Origin: an uncultured beta proteobacterium
Lineage (GTDB): Bacteria; Pseudomonadota; Gammaproteobacteria; Burkholderiales; Burkholderiaceae_D
NCBI GenBank assembly: GCA_963708665.1
Contig: CAVPTE010000008.1
Span: 912,750-976,749 of the forward strand
DNA length: 64,000 nucleotides
Direction: 5' to 3'
The position numbers and the translations under genes are program-made. The notes beneath the pieces were generated by a model. That model was not told the origin of the DNA. It made no database searches and saw only the letters and a list, made by a program, of their open reading frames with translations. This document shows positions 22,569 through 35,438 of this stretch, one piece after another (the stretch's first letter is position 1; each line of letters opens with the position of its first letter).

Positions 22569-25500
22569 ATGAGCGATCCGACAGCGACGGCCTTCGGCGA
22601 AGGCGCCGTCCCTCCCGACGCGACGGCGACGAGCGCGGACGTGGACACCGGCACGATCGCGTGGCTGCTGCCCGAGATCGTCGGTGCGTTCGACGCAGGC
22701 GACGGCCGCGCTGCGGGCGTTCCGCGCCGGCGCCGCCGGCGTCGATCGCGCCGACGTCGACCTCGCGCCGCTGCGCGTCGCGCGTTCGCACCTGCATCAG
22801 GCGCACGGGGCGCTCGAGCTCGGCGAGATCGCCGGCGTGACGCGCGTCACCGAAGCCATCGAGGAATTCCTCGCCGTCTTCGAGAACGAGCCGGAGCGAT
22901 GCGACGCGACGGCGCTCGACGCGATCATCGGCGGTTGCCGCGCGATCGTCGAGTACCTCGAGGACCTGCAGGGCGGCGCGCGTCAGCAGCCGCTGCATCT
23001 GTTCCCGAGCTATCGCGACGTCCTCGCCGCACGCGGCGTCGACCGCATCCATCCGGCCGACCTGTTCCACGTCGACCTCGCCATCCGGCCGCCGCGCGAC
23101 AGCGGCGGCACGGCGCTCGACCGCGCCGGACTCGCCGAGCAGCGCAACGTCTTCGAGCGGGCGCTACTGCGCTACCTGCGACACGACGACGACGCGGCCG
23201 CGCTCGCGAACCTGTCGCGCGCCGTGACCGCGATCGACGCGTCGGTCGGCCGGACGGCGACTCCCGCGCAGAGCCAGCAGCGCGCCTTCTGGTGGGCGAC
23301 GCGCGCGTTGTTCGACGCGCTGGCGCATCAGGGCTTCGCCGCGATGCCGGGACAGCAGGCGTCGTTGAAGCGGCTCGCGGGACGCATCAACCTGCAGATC
23401 CGCAAGCTCGTCGACGGGTCCAACGCGGTCGCCGAACGGCTGTTCGCCGACACGCTGTTCTTCGTCGCGATCGCCGCGCCGGTCACGCCGCACGTCCGCG
23501 ACGTGCAGGCGCGTTATCGTCTCGCCGGCGCCGTGCCGTCCGACTTCGAGCGCCAGCGCTACGGTCGCATCGACCCGGCCGCGCTGAAGACGGCGCGCGA
23601 CGCGCTCGGTGCCGCGAAGACCGCGTGGGCCGCCGTCGTCGCCGGCGACCTGCAGGGCATCGCCGACTTCGCGAAGCACACGTCGTCGCTGCGTCGACGC
23701 GGTCGGCACGTTGCGTCGTCGCGGCCTCGTCGCAGGTCGCGCAGGTCATCGACGGGATCGCGACCGATCTCGGGTTCGATCCGCGCCAGCCGAAGCCGGC
23801 CGTCGGACTCGACGTCGCGACCGCGCTGCTGTTCGTCGAAGGCGCGCTCGAACGCGCGCGCCTGCTCGACGACGCGTTCGACGAGCGCGCCGCGATGGTC
23901 GTCGCGCGCCTCGAGGCGTCGGCGCTCGGGCAGCCGCACCCGTCGACGCCGGTCGACTGGCTCGATCGCATGTCGCGCGAGGCCGAGGAGCGCCTGACGG
24001 TCGCGACGTTCGTCGCCGAGCTGCAGGCGAACCTGCGCAGCGCCGAGAAGGAGCTCGACGCGTTCTTCCGCGATCCGTCCGCGAGGGCCGGTCTGCCCGA
24101 GGCGCAGAAGGCGCTCGCGCAGGTCAGCGGCGCGCTCGCGCTGCTCGGTCACGACGACGCGCATCGCGCGGTCGACCATGCGCGCGGAACGATCGCGCGC
24201 TTCCTCGAAGCCGGCGCCGACGTCGACCAGGCCGCGTTCGAGCCGCTCGCGCAGAGCCTCGGTGCCGTCGGCTTCTACGTCGATCAGCATCAAGCAGGAC
24301 CGCATCGACGCGACCGCGTTCGCGTTCGACGCCGCGACCGGCCGCTTCAGCGCCGAGATCGGACGACCCGCGGTCGCGGCGGCGCCGGCACAGCCGGTCG
24401 AGGACTTCGCGGCGACGATCGTCGACGACGGCGGCGACCGGCTGCCCGAGGTCGCGATGCCCGAGCCGGACCACACGTACAGCGAGATCGCGTTCGCCGC
24501 GACGCAGGTGCTCGACTCCGAGCAGACGCTCGAGGAGGAGATCGCGCATCGCGCCGCCGATGCGCGCGACCACGCGACGCGGCTGCGTGCCGCGCCCGGC
24601 GATCGCGCGTTGCGCGACCAGCTCGCGGCCGCGATCGACGACGTCCGCCGCAACGCCGCGCTGATCGACGACCGGTCGCTGCAGGACGAGGCGTCGGCGC
24701 TGCTCGGCGCGTTGCGTCGCCGCGCGGACGATCCGCAGGGCGCGCCGACGGTCGCCGAGATCGCCGACGCGGCGCTCGCCCTCGCGACGCATGCGGACCG
24801 CTCGGTCGGCATCGCGCCGCCGACGGCCGCGCCGGTCGAGCCGGCCGTCGCCGTGCCGTCCGCCGACAACCTCGACGCGGTCGACGCCGAGCTGCTCGGC
24901 ATCTTCCTCGAGGAAGGCAGGCGCGGTGCTGCAGGACGCGCAGTCGTCGATGCGCGTGCTCGACGCCGACCCGCAGAACGCGACCGCGACGATCAACCTG
25001 CGTCGCGGCTTCCACACGCTCAAGGGCAGCAGCCGCATGGTCGGCCTGATGGCGTTCGGCGAGGCGGCGTGGGCGATCGAGGACACGCTGAACGGCCACC
25101 TCGCCGACCAGGTGCCGGCGTCGAGCGACCTGCGCGCGCTGATCGACTACGCGATCCGCTACCTGTCCGGCTGGCTCGACGAACTGCAGGCGACGGGGCA
25201 CTCGTCGCGCACGCCCGACACGCTGGTCGACGCGGCGCGCGCGGTCCGCGCCGGCGCGTCGCCGGACATGACGGCGTTCGCGGCGACCGAGATCATCGAG
25301 CCGGCGCCGGCCCCGGACGAGGCCGAGGCGGCCGACGAGTCGTTCGTCGACACGCTGTTCGCGCCGATGACGGGCACCGAGCTGAACGCGCGCGCCTACG
25401 CCGCGACCGAGGTTATCGAGCAGGACGACGACGCCGAGCTTCGCTTCTTCGGCGAGCAGCCGCAGCACCCGGCCGCCGAGCCCACGGTCTTCGCGACGGC

Positions 25501-28500
25501 CGCCGAAGAGCCCGCCACCGCGCCCGCGATGTTCGCGTCGGCCGACGGCGCGACGCCGCCCGCCGTGCCGCCTGCGCCGGCCGACGAGACGTCGTTCGAC
25601 TGGTTCGACCTGCCGGACGCGACGTCCGACGCGCCGACCGACACAGCGACCGCGGCGCCGGTCGACGACCGGATCGCCGATGAGCCGGCCGCTTCGGACG
25701 AGTTCTTCGCGGCCGTGAACGACGAGGCGACGGAGACCGCCGAGTCGTCGCTCGACGACGAGGTCGAGCCGTCCGCGAGGCCGTTCGACAACGTCGTGCC
25801 GTTCGTGCTGCGCGACCCGCTGCTCGCGTCCGACGAGGTTCGCCGCGTCGGGCCGCTGACGGTGTCGGTCGCGCTGTTCAACATCTATCTGACCGAGGCC
25901 GACGAGCTGCTGCGCGTGCTCACGACCGACCTCGCCGAGTGGCGGCACGAGCCGGACCGGCTGGTCTCCGACGGCGCCGTGCGCGCGGTCCATTCGCTGT
26001 CGGGATCGTCCGCGACCGTCGGCCTCACGCCGGCGCAGGACCTCGCGAGCGCGATCGAGGAGGTGCTCGTCGCGCTGTATCGCGACCCGGTCCCGCTGAC
26101 GGGCGACCAGGTCGGTGTCATGCAGGACGCGGTCGAGTCGCTGCGTCGCATGCTGCATCGCTTCGCCGCCGAGCGCATGCCGGAGCCCGATCCGGTCGCG
26201 ATCGCGTCGCTGATCGCGCTGCGGCGGCAGGTCTCGTCGCCAGCCGACGCGGCGTCGACGATCGAGGCGACGCCGGTCGACGAGCCGTTCGATGCGTTCG
26301 ACTTCGGCGACGACGTCCCGCAACCGACGGTCGAGGCGCCGGTCGACGAGCCCGTCGTCTCGGTCACGTCCGACGAGGCGGCCGACCGATCGGACGCCGG
26401 TGCCGACGCGCACGACTTCGACGCGATCACGACGGTCGGCGCGACGGAGACGCCGTTCGCGCCGTTTCCGGCCAACGACGACGCGGACGGCCTCGCGTTC
26501 GAGCCGCTGTCGTTCGACGACGAGGATCGCCCGGCCACGGCCGGACCGCAGGAGACCGTCGACGAAGCGCCGCTGCCGGCGCTCGACGCCGAAGCGCTCG
26601 ACGGACCGGGCCATGCGACCGCTGACGAACCGCGGGTAGAAGGACTCGTCGGCGTGTCGTTCGGCGACGAGACGTTGACGGACTACGCGGTCGGCGAGCC
26701 GATCGACGACGAGACCGTGGCGGAGCCGGTCGCTGTCCCGGCCGACCACGCCGTCATCCAGCCGCCGGGCGCCGCGTCGAGCGACGAGGCGGTCACGGCA
26801 GGCCCGGTCCCCGTGCCGGCCGACGACGCGGTCGCGCAACGACCGGTCGCTTCGTCCACCGACGACGCGGTCGTCGAAGAGCCGGCCGACGAGACGGCCG
26901 CGGAAGCGCCGTTCGACGCGTTCGCCGACCAGTTCGCGGGCGAGCCGTTCGAGGCGTCCGCGGACGACACGATCGCGTCGGCGTCGGTCGCCGAGTCCGT
27001 CGACGATCCGTCGGTCGACGAGGCGGTCCGCGCGTCGTCCGACGACGCGATCGCGCCGGCATCGGCCGCCGAATCCGTCGACGATCCGTCGGTCGACGAG
27101 CCCGTCCACGCGTCGGCCGACGAAGCGGTCGTCGCGGCATCGTCGCCGGCCGAGGCGCCGCCGGCGTCCGACGCGATCGTGCCGGTCGAACACGCGACGG
27201 CCATCGCACCGCTCGACGCGACGCCGTCGCTCGAAGCCGCGGAGCCGTTCGCGTCGCCGGAGCCCATCGGTGCGGCGGCGGTCGACGCCACGGATGCCGC
27301 CCTCGTCGACGCGCTTCCCGCGCTCGACGCCGAGGCCGCCGCGGCAGCGCGGCGCGCCGCGCCGACGGAGCGCGAGAGCACGGTCCAGGACGACATCGAC
27401 CCGGACCTGCTCGACGTGTTCGTCGAGGAAGGCAACGAGATCCTGCCGCAGGTCGGCGAGCTGCTGCGCACGTGGCAGGCGCATCGCGACAACGCGGCGC
27501 CGTCGCGGATGCTGCTGCGCCACCTGCACACGCTGAAGGGCAGCGCACGGATGGCCGGCGCGATGCGGCTCGGCGAGGTCGTCCACGACTTCGAGGCGCG
27601 CGTCGAATCGGCCGCGCGCCTGCACGACGTCCCCGCGACGCTGATGGACGAGCTGGTCGCGTCGCACGACCGCAGCCTCGAGCTGTTCGACGAGCTGCAG
27701 CGCCCGGCGGCCCCGGCGGTCGCGACGACGGTCGTCGAGGCGCCGGTCGAGGCCTCGCTGGCCCCGGCCGTGGCCGACACGGCGCCGGTGGTCGAGGTCG
27801 CGGCCACGGCCGCGGCTCCGACGCCGACGCGCGACGCGAAGCAGTCGACGCAGCACGTCGTGCGCGTCGCCGCCGAGACGCTCGACCGTCTCGTCAACCT
27901 CGCCGGCGAGGTCAGCATCTCGCGCGCGCGGATCGAGAACGAGGTCGCGCAGATCAAGGGCGCGATGACCGACCTGTCGGAGAACGTCGAGCGGTTGCGC
28001 GCGCAGCTGCGCGAGATCGAGCTGCAGGCCGAGTTCCAGATGCAGTCGCAGATGCAGTCGCAGCAGGCGGCCGGCGAGGAGCGCGAGAAGTTCGACCCGC
28101 TCGAGTTCGATCGCTTCACGCGCTTCCAGGAACTCACGCGGATGATGGCCGAGTCGGTCAACGACGTGAAGACCGTGCAGCAGCATCTGCAGAAGAGCCT
28201 CGACGCGGCCGAGGTCGACCTGACGTCGCAACGGCGCATGACGCGCGACCTGCAGCAGGACCTGATGCGCGTGCGCATGGTGCCGTTCTCGAGCATCGCC
28301 GAGCGGCTGTACCGCGTCGCGCGGCGGTCGGCGAAGGAAGCTCGACAAGCGCGTCAACCTCGACATCCGCGGCGGCTCGGTCGAAATCGACCGCAGCGTG
28401 CTGGAGCGGATGGCCGGGCCCGTTCGAGCACCTGCTGCGCAACCACATCGTCCACGGCATCGAGATCGCGCGACGAGCGGCGGGCGCGCGGCAAGGAGGA

Positions 28501-29725
28501 GACCGGCGAGCTGCTCGTCGAGGTGCGCCAGGAAGGCAACGAGATCGTCCTGACGTTCTCCGACGACGGCGCGGGCCTCGAACCACGACCGCATCCGCGC
28601 GAAGGGTCGCGAGCTCGGGCCTGATCGGCGACGGCGACATCGGCGACGCCGAGGCGTCCGAGCTGATCTTCCATCCCGGCTTCTCGACCGCTGGTGAGGT
28701 CACCGAGCTCGCGGGTCGCGGCGTCGGGATGGACGTCGTCCGCGCCGAGGCGCTGGAGCTCGCGGGTCGCGGTCACCGTCGACAGCGAGGCGGGCCGCGG
28801 CACGCGCTTCACGATCACGCTGCCGCTGACGCTCGCCGTCACGCAGGTCGTGCTCGTGTCGGTCGCGAGCCGCGTGTACGCGATGCCGGCGGTGCTCGTC
28901 GAACAGGTCCACCAGCTGCGGCCGCAGGCACTCGCCGATGCGTATCGGGCCGGCGAGCTCGAGCGGAGCGGCGGCGCGGTGCGGCTCGAGTTCCTGGGCA
29001 CGCTGCTCGGCCTCGACGACTCGGTGCCGGTCGCGCAGCGCACGTCGCCGGTGCTCGTGCTGCGCTCGGCGGGCGATCGCATCGCGGTGCACGTCGACGA
29101 GGTCATCGGCAACCAGGAAGTCGTCGTCAAGAACCTCGGACCGCAGCTCGCCCGCATGACCGGCATCGCCGGCGCGACGGTGCTCGGCTCGGGCGAGATC
29201 GTGCTGATCCTGAATCCGGTGCAGCTCGCGCAGGTCGTTCGTGCCGACGCGGCGCGCCGTGTGGCGCCGGCGACGCCCGCGGCGCCGGTCGACGAGCCGG
29301 TCGCGGCCGTGCCGGCCGCGCCGCACGCGGCGCTGCAGACGCTGCCGACCGTGATGGTCGTCGACGACTCGCTGACGGTGCGTCGCGTGACGCAGCGGCT
29401 GCTGTCGCGCGAGGGCTACCAGGTGGTGCTCGCGAAGGACGGCGTCGATGCGCTCGAGCAGCTGCAGGACTACGTGCCCGACGCGATGCTGGTCGACATC
29501 GAGATGCCGCGCATGGACGGCTTCGACCTGACGCGCAACGTGCGCAGCGACGAACGCTTCCGCCACATCCCGATCATCATGATCACGTCGCGGACCGCGG
29601 AGAAGCATCGCCGCCACGCGGCCGAGCTCGGCGTCGACGCGTATCTCGGCAAGCCGTACCAGGAAGACGAGCTGCTCGAGCTGCTGACGACGCACGTCGA
29701 GGCGCGTCGGAGCCAGGCGGCCTGA
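22569..29725 (+). CDS. chpA: hybrid chemosensory kinase ChpA/PilL (multi-Hpt, CheA kinase, CheW, REC; several frameshifts)
   Basis: Hpt motifs [10 protein letters not shown] and [42 protein letters not shown]...[17 protein letters not shown]-terminal [13 protein letters not shown]...[10 protein letters not shown]. Confidence 0.92.
26717..27135 (+). repeat. degenerate 39-nt (13-aa) tandem array inside chpA, including a 78-nt duplication
   Basis: [52 protein letters not shown] ... [52 protein letters not shown]; units starting at 26971 and 27049 are closely similar. Confidence 0.75.
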
Positions 29726-29798
29726 CGGACTGACGCTCGGGCGGCGGCGCGGTCGTCTGTCGCGGCGGCGCGGTCGTCGAGCGCCGCGGCGTCGCCGG

Positions 29799-31309
29799 TC
29801 AGGCGGCGTCGCTGCCGCGGACCACCGCGTAGCGCGCGAGCGTCGTCCGGCGCGCGTCGTCGTGGTCGACGATCGGCGCCGGATAGTCGCGTCCGAGCAC
29901 GACGCCGGCCCGCGCGAGGTCGGCCGCACTCGCGAGCCACGGCGCGTGGATCGCGTCGTTCGAGCAGGCCGGCAGCGGCGGCAGGTAGCGGCGGATGAAT
30001 GCGCCGTCGGGGTCGAAGCGTCGCGACTGCGTGACCGGATTGAAGATGCGGAACCACGGCTGCGCGTCGCAGCCGGACGACGCGGCCCATTGCCAGCCGC
30101 CGTTGTTCGCCGACAGGTCGTAGTCGTTCAGGCGGTCGGCGAAGTACGCCTCGCCGCGACGCCAGTCGACGCCGAGGTCCTTCGACAGGAAGCTCGCCGT
30201 CACCATCCGCAGGCGGTTGTGCATGAAGCCGGTCGCGTTGATCTGCGCCATCGCGGCGTCGACGAGCGGGTAGCCGGTGCGCCCGTCGCACCACGCGGCG
30301 AAGCGGTCGTCGGCGAGCGCGCCGCGTTCCCACGCGATGCGGTCGAACGCCGGCTTGAACGATGCGCCGTTCGCGACGTCGGGACGGTGGGCCAGGACCT
30401 GGAAGTAGAAGTCGCGCCAGATCAGCTCGCCCAGCCACGTCTCCGCCCCGCGCGCGTCCGCCGCGTGACGCGCGCGCGCGAGCGCCAGGCGGGCGAGCGC
30501 GCGGATCGACACGGTCCCGAAGCGCAGGTGCACCGACAGGTACGACGTGCCGCGCGCCGCCGGTGCGTCGCGGCCGTCGGCATAGGCGGCGATGCGATCG
30601 GCGAACGCGTCGACGAGCGCGTGCGCACCCGACATCCCGGTCGGGATGCCGATCGCGTCGAGGTTCGTCTTCGCGAATCCCATCGCATCGAGCGACGGGA
30701 TCGGCCGGTCGACGGCCGCGGGGACGGCCGCGAGCCGCGCCGCGTAGCGTTCGACCGGATAGGCGGCGACGAAGAACGGCGTGAGCGCCGCGCAGCCACG
30801 CGCGCTGGTACGGCGTGAAGACGGTGAACGGCGTGCCGGCCTTCGTGACGACCTCGTCGTTCTCGAAGATCGTCTGGTCCTTGACGTCGCGCAGCGCGCG
30901 ACCGTCGCGCGCGAGCGCGTCGGCGACCGCCCGGTCGCGGGCGATCGCCGACGGCTCGTGGTCGTGCGCCGCGAACACCGCGTCGACCGCGAGCGCGTCG
31001 GCGAGCCGCAGGATCTCGTCGACGGCGCGACCGTGGCGCACGATCAGCCGCGCGCGTCGATCGGGCGACGCGTCGCGGAGCGCGTCGGACAGCTCGACGA
31101 GCGACGCGCGGATGAACTCGACGCGACGATCGTGGACGAGTCCGCGGTCGAGCAGCGGCTCGAGGATGTCGGTGTCGAACACGAAGACGCACCAGACCTC
31201 GCGGCAGGCGCGCAGCGCGTGATACAGCGCCGCGTGGTCGTCGAGGCGCAGGTCGCGCCGGAACCACACGAGGCCGCGGTCGAGGTCGGGTCGGGGACGG
31301 GAGCGGCAT
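29799..31309 (-). CDS. phrB: deoxyribodipyrimidine photolyase (frameshifts near the start and ~30790)
   Basis: VWFRRDLRLDDH.AL, TSYLSVHLRFGTVS, ELIWRDFY, TGYPLVDAAM, MHNRLRM, NNGGWQWAASSGCDAQP.FRIFNP. Confidence 0.93.
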
Positions 31310-31441
31310 CGGGGGTCGGCGAACGGGGTGCGCGCCGCGGCGGCATCGTGCCGCGAGGAACCGGTGGTCGGCGGTCGCGGACACCGCGCGCCGGGAGGCC
31401 CGTCGATTGTGCCGGCCGAAGCCCCCGTTTACAATGCGGCC

Positions 31442-32086
31442 ATGCCCGATCGTCCTCCGGCGGACGGCTCGCACGCGGAACAAGCCGGCCCCTCCGGCGC
31501 CCGGTCCGCGTCGACGCTCAGCCTCGCCAATCACTTCCTGATCGCCATGCCGAGCATGGCCGATTCGCGCTTCGCCGATACCGTGGTCTACCTGCTCGAG
31601 CACACGCCCGAGCGCGCGATGGGCGTCGTCATCAACCGCCCGACCGACCTGACGCTGGAGAAGCTGTTCGAGCGCGTCGACATGAAGCTCGAGATCGAGG
31701 TGCTCGGCTGCGCAGCCGGTCTGCTACGGCGGCCCGATGGCGACCGATCGCGGCTTCGTGCTGCACGACCAGTCCGACGTCGAGTACGGCTCGACGCTGA
31801 CGGCGCAGGGCGACGCACGGCAGCGGCCTGTCGCTGACGACGTCGAAGGACGTGCTCGAGGCGATGGCCGACGGCCGCGGTCCGAAGCACGTGATGGTCG
31901 CGCTCGGCTACGCCGGCTGGGACGCCGGCCAGCTCGAGAGCGAGATCGCGCTCAACGCGTGGCTCACGGTGCCGGCCGATCCCGCGGTCGTGTTCGACGT
32001 GCCGCATGCGCGCCGCCGCGAATCCGGCGATGAACCTGCTGGGCTTCGATCCGGTGATGCTGTCCGGCGAAGCGGGCCATGCCTAG
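31442..32086 (+). CDS. yqgE: YqgE/AlgH family protein (frameshifted)
   Basis: [53 protein letters not shown], ends LSGEAGHA. Confidence 0.92.
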
Positions 32087-32548
32087 CCGACCGGCCGTCC
32101 CGTTGAGCGAGACCGTCCTCGGTTTCGACGTCGGCGCGCGACGCATCGGCGTCGCGGTGGGCAACGATCTGCTGCGACAGGCGCGTGCGGCCGCGATCGT
32201 CGACGCGGACCGCGACGACGACGGCTTCGCCGCGATCGAGCGGCTCGTTCGACGAATGGCGGCCCGAGCGCCTCGTCGTCGGCATGCCGCTGTCGGTCGA
32301 CTCGGCGAGCACGACGACCTCGGCGCGCCGGGCCCCGCGCTGGAGCGCTGCGAGCGCTTCGCCGACGCCTCGCCGAACGCTTCGGGCTGCCGGTCGAGCG
32401 CGTCGACGAACGCTACAGCTCGATCGACGCCGACCGCCTGCATCGCGACCGGCGGCACGCCGGCCTCGCGCGCCGCGCGAAGGCGCTCGACGACCTCGCG
32501 GCCGAGGTGATCCTGCAGCGCTGGTTCGACGCGTTGCCGGCCTCGTGA
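32079..32548 (+). CDS. ruvX: pre-16S rRNA nuclease / Holliday junction resolvase-like RuvX (YqgF) (frameshifted)
   Basis: [41 protein letters not shown]. Confidence 0.88.
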
Positions 32549-33109
32549 GCGGCCGCGCCGACCGTCGTCGCGCCGGATGCCGAGGCGCTGTACGCGTCGC
32601 TGCGCGACGCGGCTCGTCGACGCATGTCCGCGCCCGGGCCGCCCGCGCGCCGCGCATCGTCGGCATCCACAGCGGCGGCACGTGGGTCGCCGAGCGGCTG
32701 CATCGCGACCTCGGGCTCGCCGGCCGAGCCCGGCGCGATCGACATCTCGTTCTATCGCGACGACTTCAACCGCATCGGGCTGCACGGCCAGGTCAAGCCG
32801 ACCGCGATCGACTTCGACGTCGACGGCGCCGACATCGTGCTCGTCGACGACGTGCTGTACAGCGGCCGCACGATCCGCGGCGCGCTCAACGTGCTGTTCG
32901 ACTTCGGCCGTCCGGCGCGCGTCGACCTCGCGGTGCTGGTCGACCGCGGCACGCCCGAAGGCGACGCGCGCGAGATGCCGATCGCGGCGCGCTGGTCCGG
33001 CGCGACGCTGACGCTGCCGCGCGAGCGCGAGTTCGTGCTGTCGCAGGACGGCGACCGCTTCGCGTTCGCGATCGCGGACACGCCGCGCCGGTCCGACGGC
33101 GGACGCTGA
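32545..33109 (+). CDS. pyrR: PyrR (pyr regulator / uracil PRTase) (frameshifted)
   Basis: [47 protein letters not shown]...EMPI. Confidence 0.92.
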
Positions 33110-33110
33110 C

Positions 33111-34091
33111 ATGCGCAACCCGCAACTGAACCGCGCCGGCGAGCTGCAGCACCTGCTGTCGATCGAGGGACTGCCGCGCGCGCTGATCACGCACATCCTC
33201 GACACCGGCGAGCGGCTTCGCCGGTCTCGTCGATCCGCGGCGCGAGGTCAAGAAGCTGCCGCTGCTGCGCGGGCGCAGCGTGTTCAACCTGTTCTTCGAG
33301 AACTCGACGCGCACGCGCACGACGTTCGAGATCGCGGCCACGCGGCTGTCGGCCGACGTCATCAACCTCAACATCCAGGCGTCGTCGACCAGCAAGGGCG
33401 AGTCGCTGCTCGACACCATCGACAACCTGTCGGCGATGCATGCCGACATGTTCGTCGTGCGCCACGCGCAGAGCGGGCGCGCCGTACCTGATCGCGAAGC
33501 ACTCGACGAGTCGAGCGACGCGAGCGGCCAGGGCCACATCCACGTCGTCAACGCCGGCGACGGCCGCCACGCGCATCCGACGCAGGGCCTGCTCGACATG
33601 TACACGATCCGCCACTACAAGCAGGACTTCACGAAGCTGCGCGTCGCGATCGTCGGCGACGTGCTGCATTCGCGCGTGGCGCGCAGCGACATCCACGCGC
33701 TGACGACGCTCGGCGTGCCGGAGGTGCGCGTGATCGGCCCGCACACGCTGCTGCCGTGCGGCCTCGAGCAGATGGGCGTGTCGCGTCTTCACCGACATGG
33801 CGAAGGGCCTCGACGGCGTCGACGTGATCATGATGCTGCGGCTGCAGAACGAGCGCATGAACGGCGCGCTGCTGCCGTCGGCGCACGAATACTTCAAGAG
33901 CTACGGCCTGACGCCGGAGAAGCTGGCGCTGGCCGCGCCGGACGCGATCGTCATGCATCCCGGGCCCGATGAACCGCGGCGTCGAGATCGAGTCGTCGGT
34001 GGCCGACGGCTCGCAGAGCGTGATCCTGCCGCAGGTGACGTTCGGCATCGCGGTGCGCATGGCGGTGATGAGCATCCTGGCGGCGGCATGA
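33111..34091 (+). CDS. pyrB: aspartate carbamoyltransferase catalytic subunit (frameshifted)
   Basis: [62 protein letters not shown]. Confidence 0.95.
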
Positions 34092-34104
34092 GGACGACAC
34101 GTCG

Positions 34105-35427
34105 ATGAAGCTCGCGATCCGCAACGGCCGCGTCGTCGATCCGGCGACGCGGCTCGACGCGCCGCGCGACGTGCTCGTCGCCGACGGCCGCATCGTCGGC
34201 GATCGTGGACCCGGCCGAGCGCGGCTCCGACGACTTCCGTCCCGATCGCACGATCGACGCGACCGGCCTCGTCGTGTGCCCCGGCCTCGTCGACCTGTCG
34301 GCGCGGCTGCGCGAGCCCGGCTCCGAATACCGCGCGACGCTCGAGTCGGAGATCGACGCGGCGCTCGCCGGCGGCGTCACGTCGCTCGTCTGCCCGCCGG
34401 ACACCGACCCGCCGCTCGACGAGCCGGGCCTCGTCGAGATGCTGAAGCATCGCGCGCGCACGCTGAACCGCACGCACGTCCATCCGCTCGGCGCGCTGAC
34501 GGTCGGGCTGGCCGGCGTCGCGCTGACCGAGATGTCGGAGCTGCGCGACGCCGGCTGCGTCGGCTTCTCGCAGGCCAACGCGCCGATCGCCGACACGCAG
34601 GTGCTGCTGCGCGCGCTGCAGTACGCGCAGACGTTCGGCTTCACGGTCTGGTTGCGGCCGCAGGACGCGCATCTCGGCCGCGGCGGCGTCGCCGCGAGCG
34701 GCCCGGTCGCCGCGCGACTCGGCCTGTCCGTCGGTGCCCGCGACGAACGAGACCGTCGCGCTGCTGACGATCTTCGAGCTGCTGCGCGCGTTCGGTCCCG
34801 GCGGCGCGCCGCGCGTCCACCTGTGCCGCCTGTCGTCGGCCGGCGGCATCGCGCTCGTGCGCGCGGCGCGCGCCGAAGGGCCTGCCGGTCACCTGCGACG
34901 TCGGCATCCATCACGTGCACCTGACCGACGTCGACATCGGCTTCTTCGACGCGCGCTGCCGCATCGATCCGCCGCTGCGCAGCCAGCGCGACCGCGACGC
35001 GATCCGCGCGGCGCTCGCCGACGGCACCGATCGACGCGATCTGCTCCGACCACACGCCGGTCGACGACGACGGCAAGCTGCTGCCGTTCGGCGAGGCGGA
35101 GCCCGGCGCGACCGGCCTCGAACTGCTGCTGCCGCTGGTGCTGAAGTGGGCGCGCGAGGAGCGCCTTCCGATCGCCGACGCGCTCGCGCGCGTCACGCAT
35201 CGCGCGGCGGCGGTGATCGGTCCGGTGCAGTCGCGACCGATCGCGCGCCTCGAGGTCGGCGCGCGGCCGCCGACCTCTGCGTCTTCGACCCCGAGGCGCA
35301 CTGGGTCGTCGGTCCGTCGACGCTGAGGAGCCAGGGTCGCAACACGCCGTTCGGCGGCTACGAGATGACCGGTCGCGTCCGCGCGACGATCGTCGACGGC
35401 ACGCTCGTCCACGAGGCGCGCGACTGA
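34105..35427 (+). CDS. pyrC: dihydroorotase-like ATCase partner PyrC' (frameshifted)
   Basis: [15 protein letters not shown] (HxH metal ligands replaced), [38 protein letters not shown]. Confidence 0.88.
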
Positions 35428-35438
35428 GCGCGCGGCCG

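Noticed and set aside
24347-28594. 1415-aa antisense ORF, and similar long shadows such as 58835..62548, 42107..44875 and 5947..7845
   Set aside because: These lie opposite well-supported genes, are Arg-rich and lack motifs; expected from high-GC3 codon bias
29741-29778. 17-nt direct repeat GCGGCGGCGCGGTCGTC x2 (21-nt period) between chpA and phrB
   Set aside because: Only two GC-rich copies, no spacers or cas genes; not CRISPR and no evident function
32545-35427. PyrC lacking metal-binding histidines; pyrR without an attenuator leader
   Set aside because: Matches the known Pseudomonas-type pyrR-pyrB-pyrC' arrangement with an inactive structural subunit
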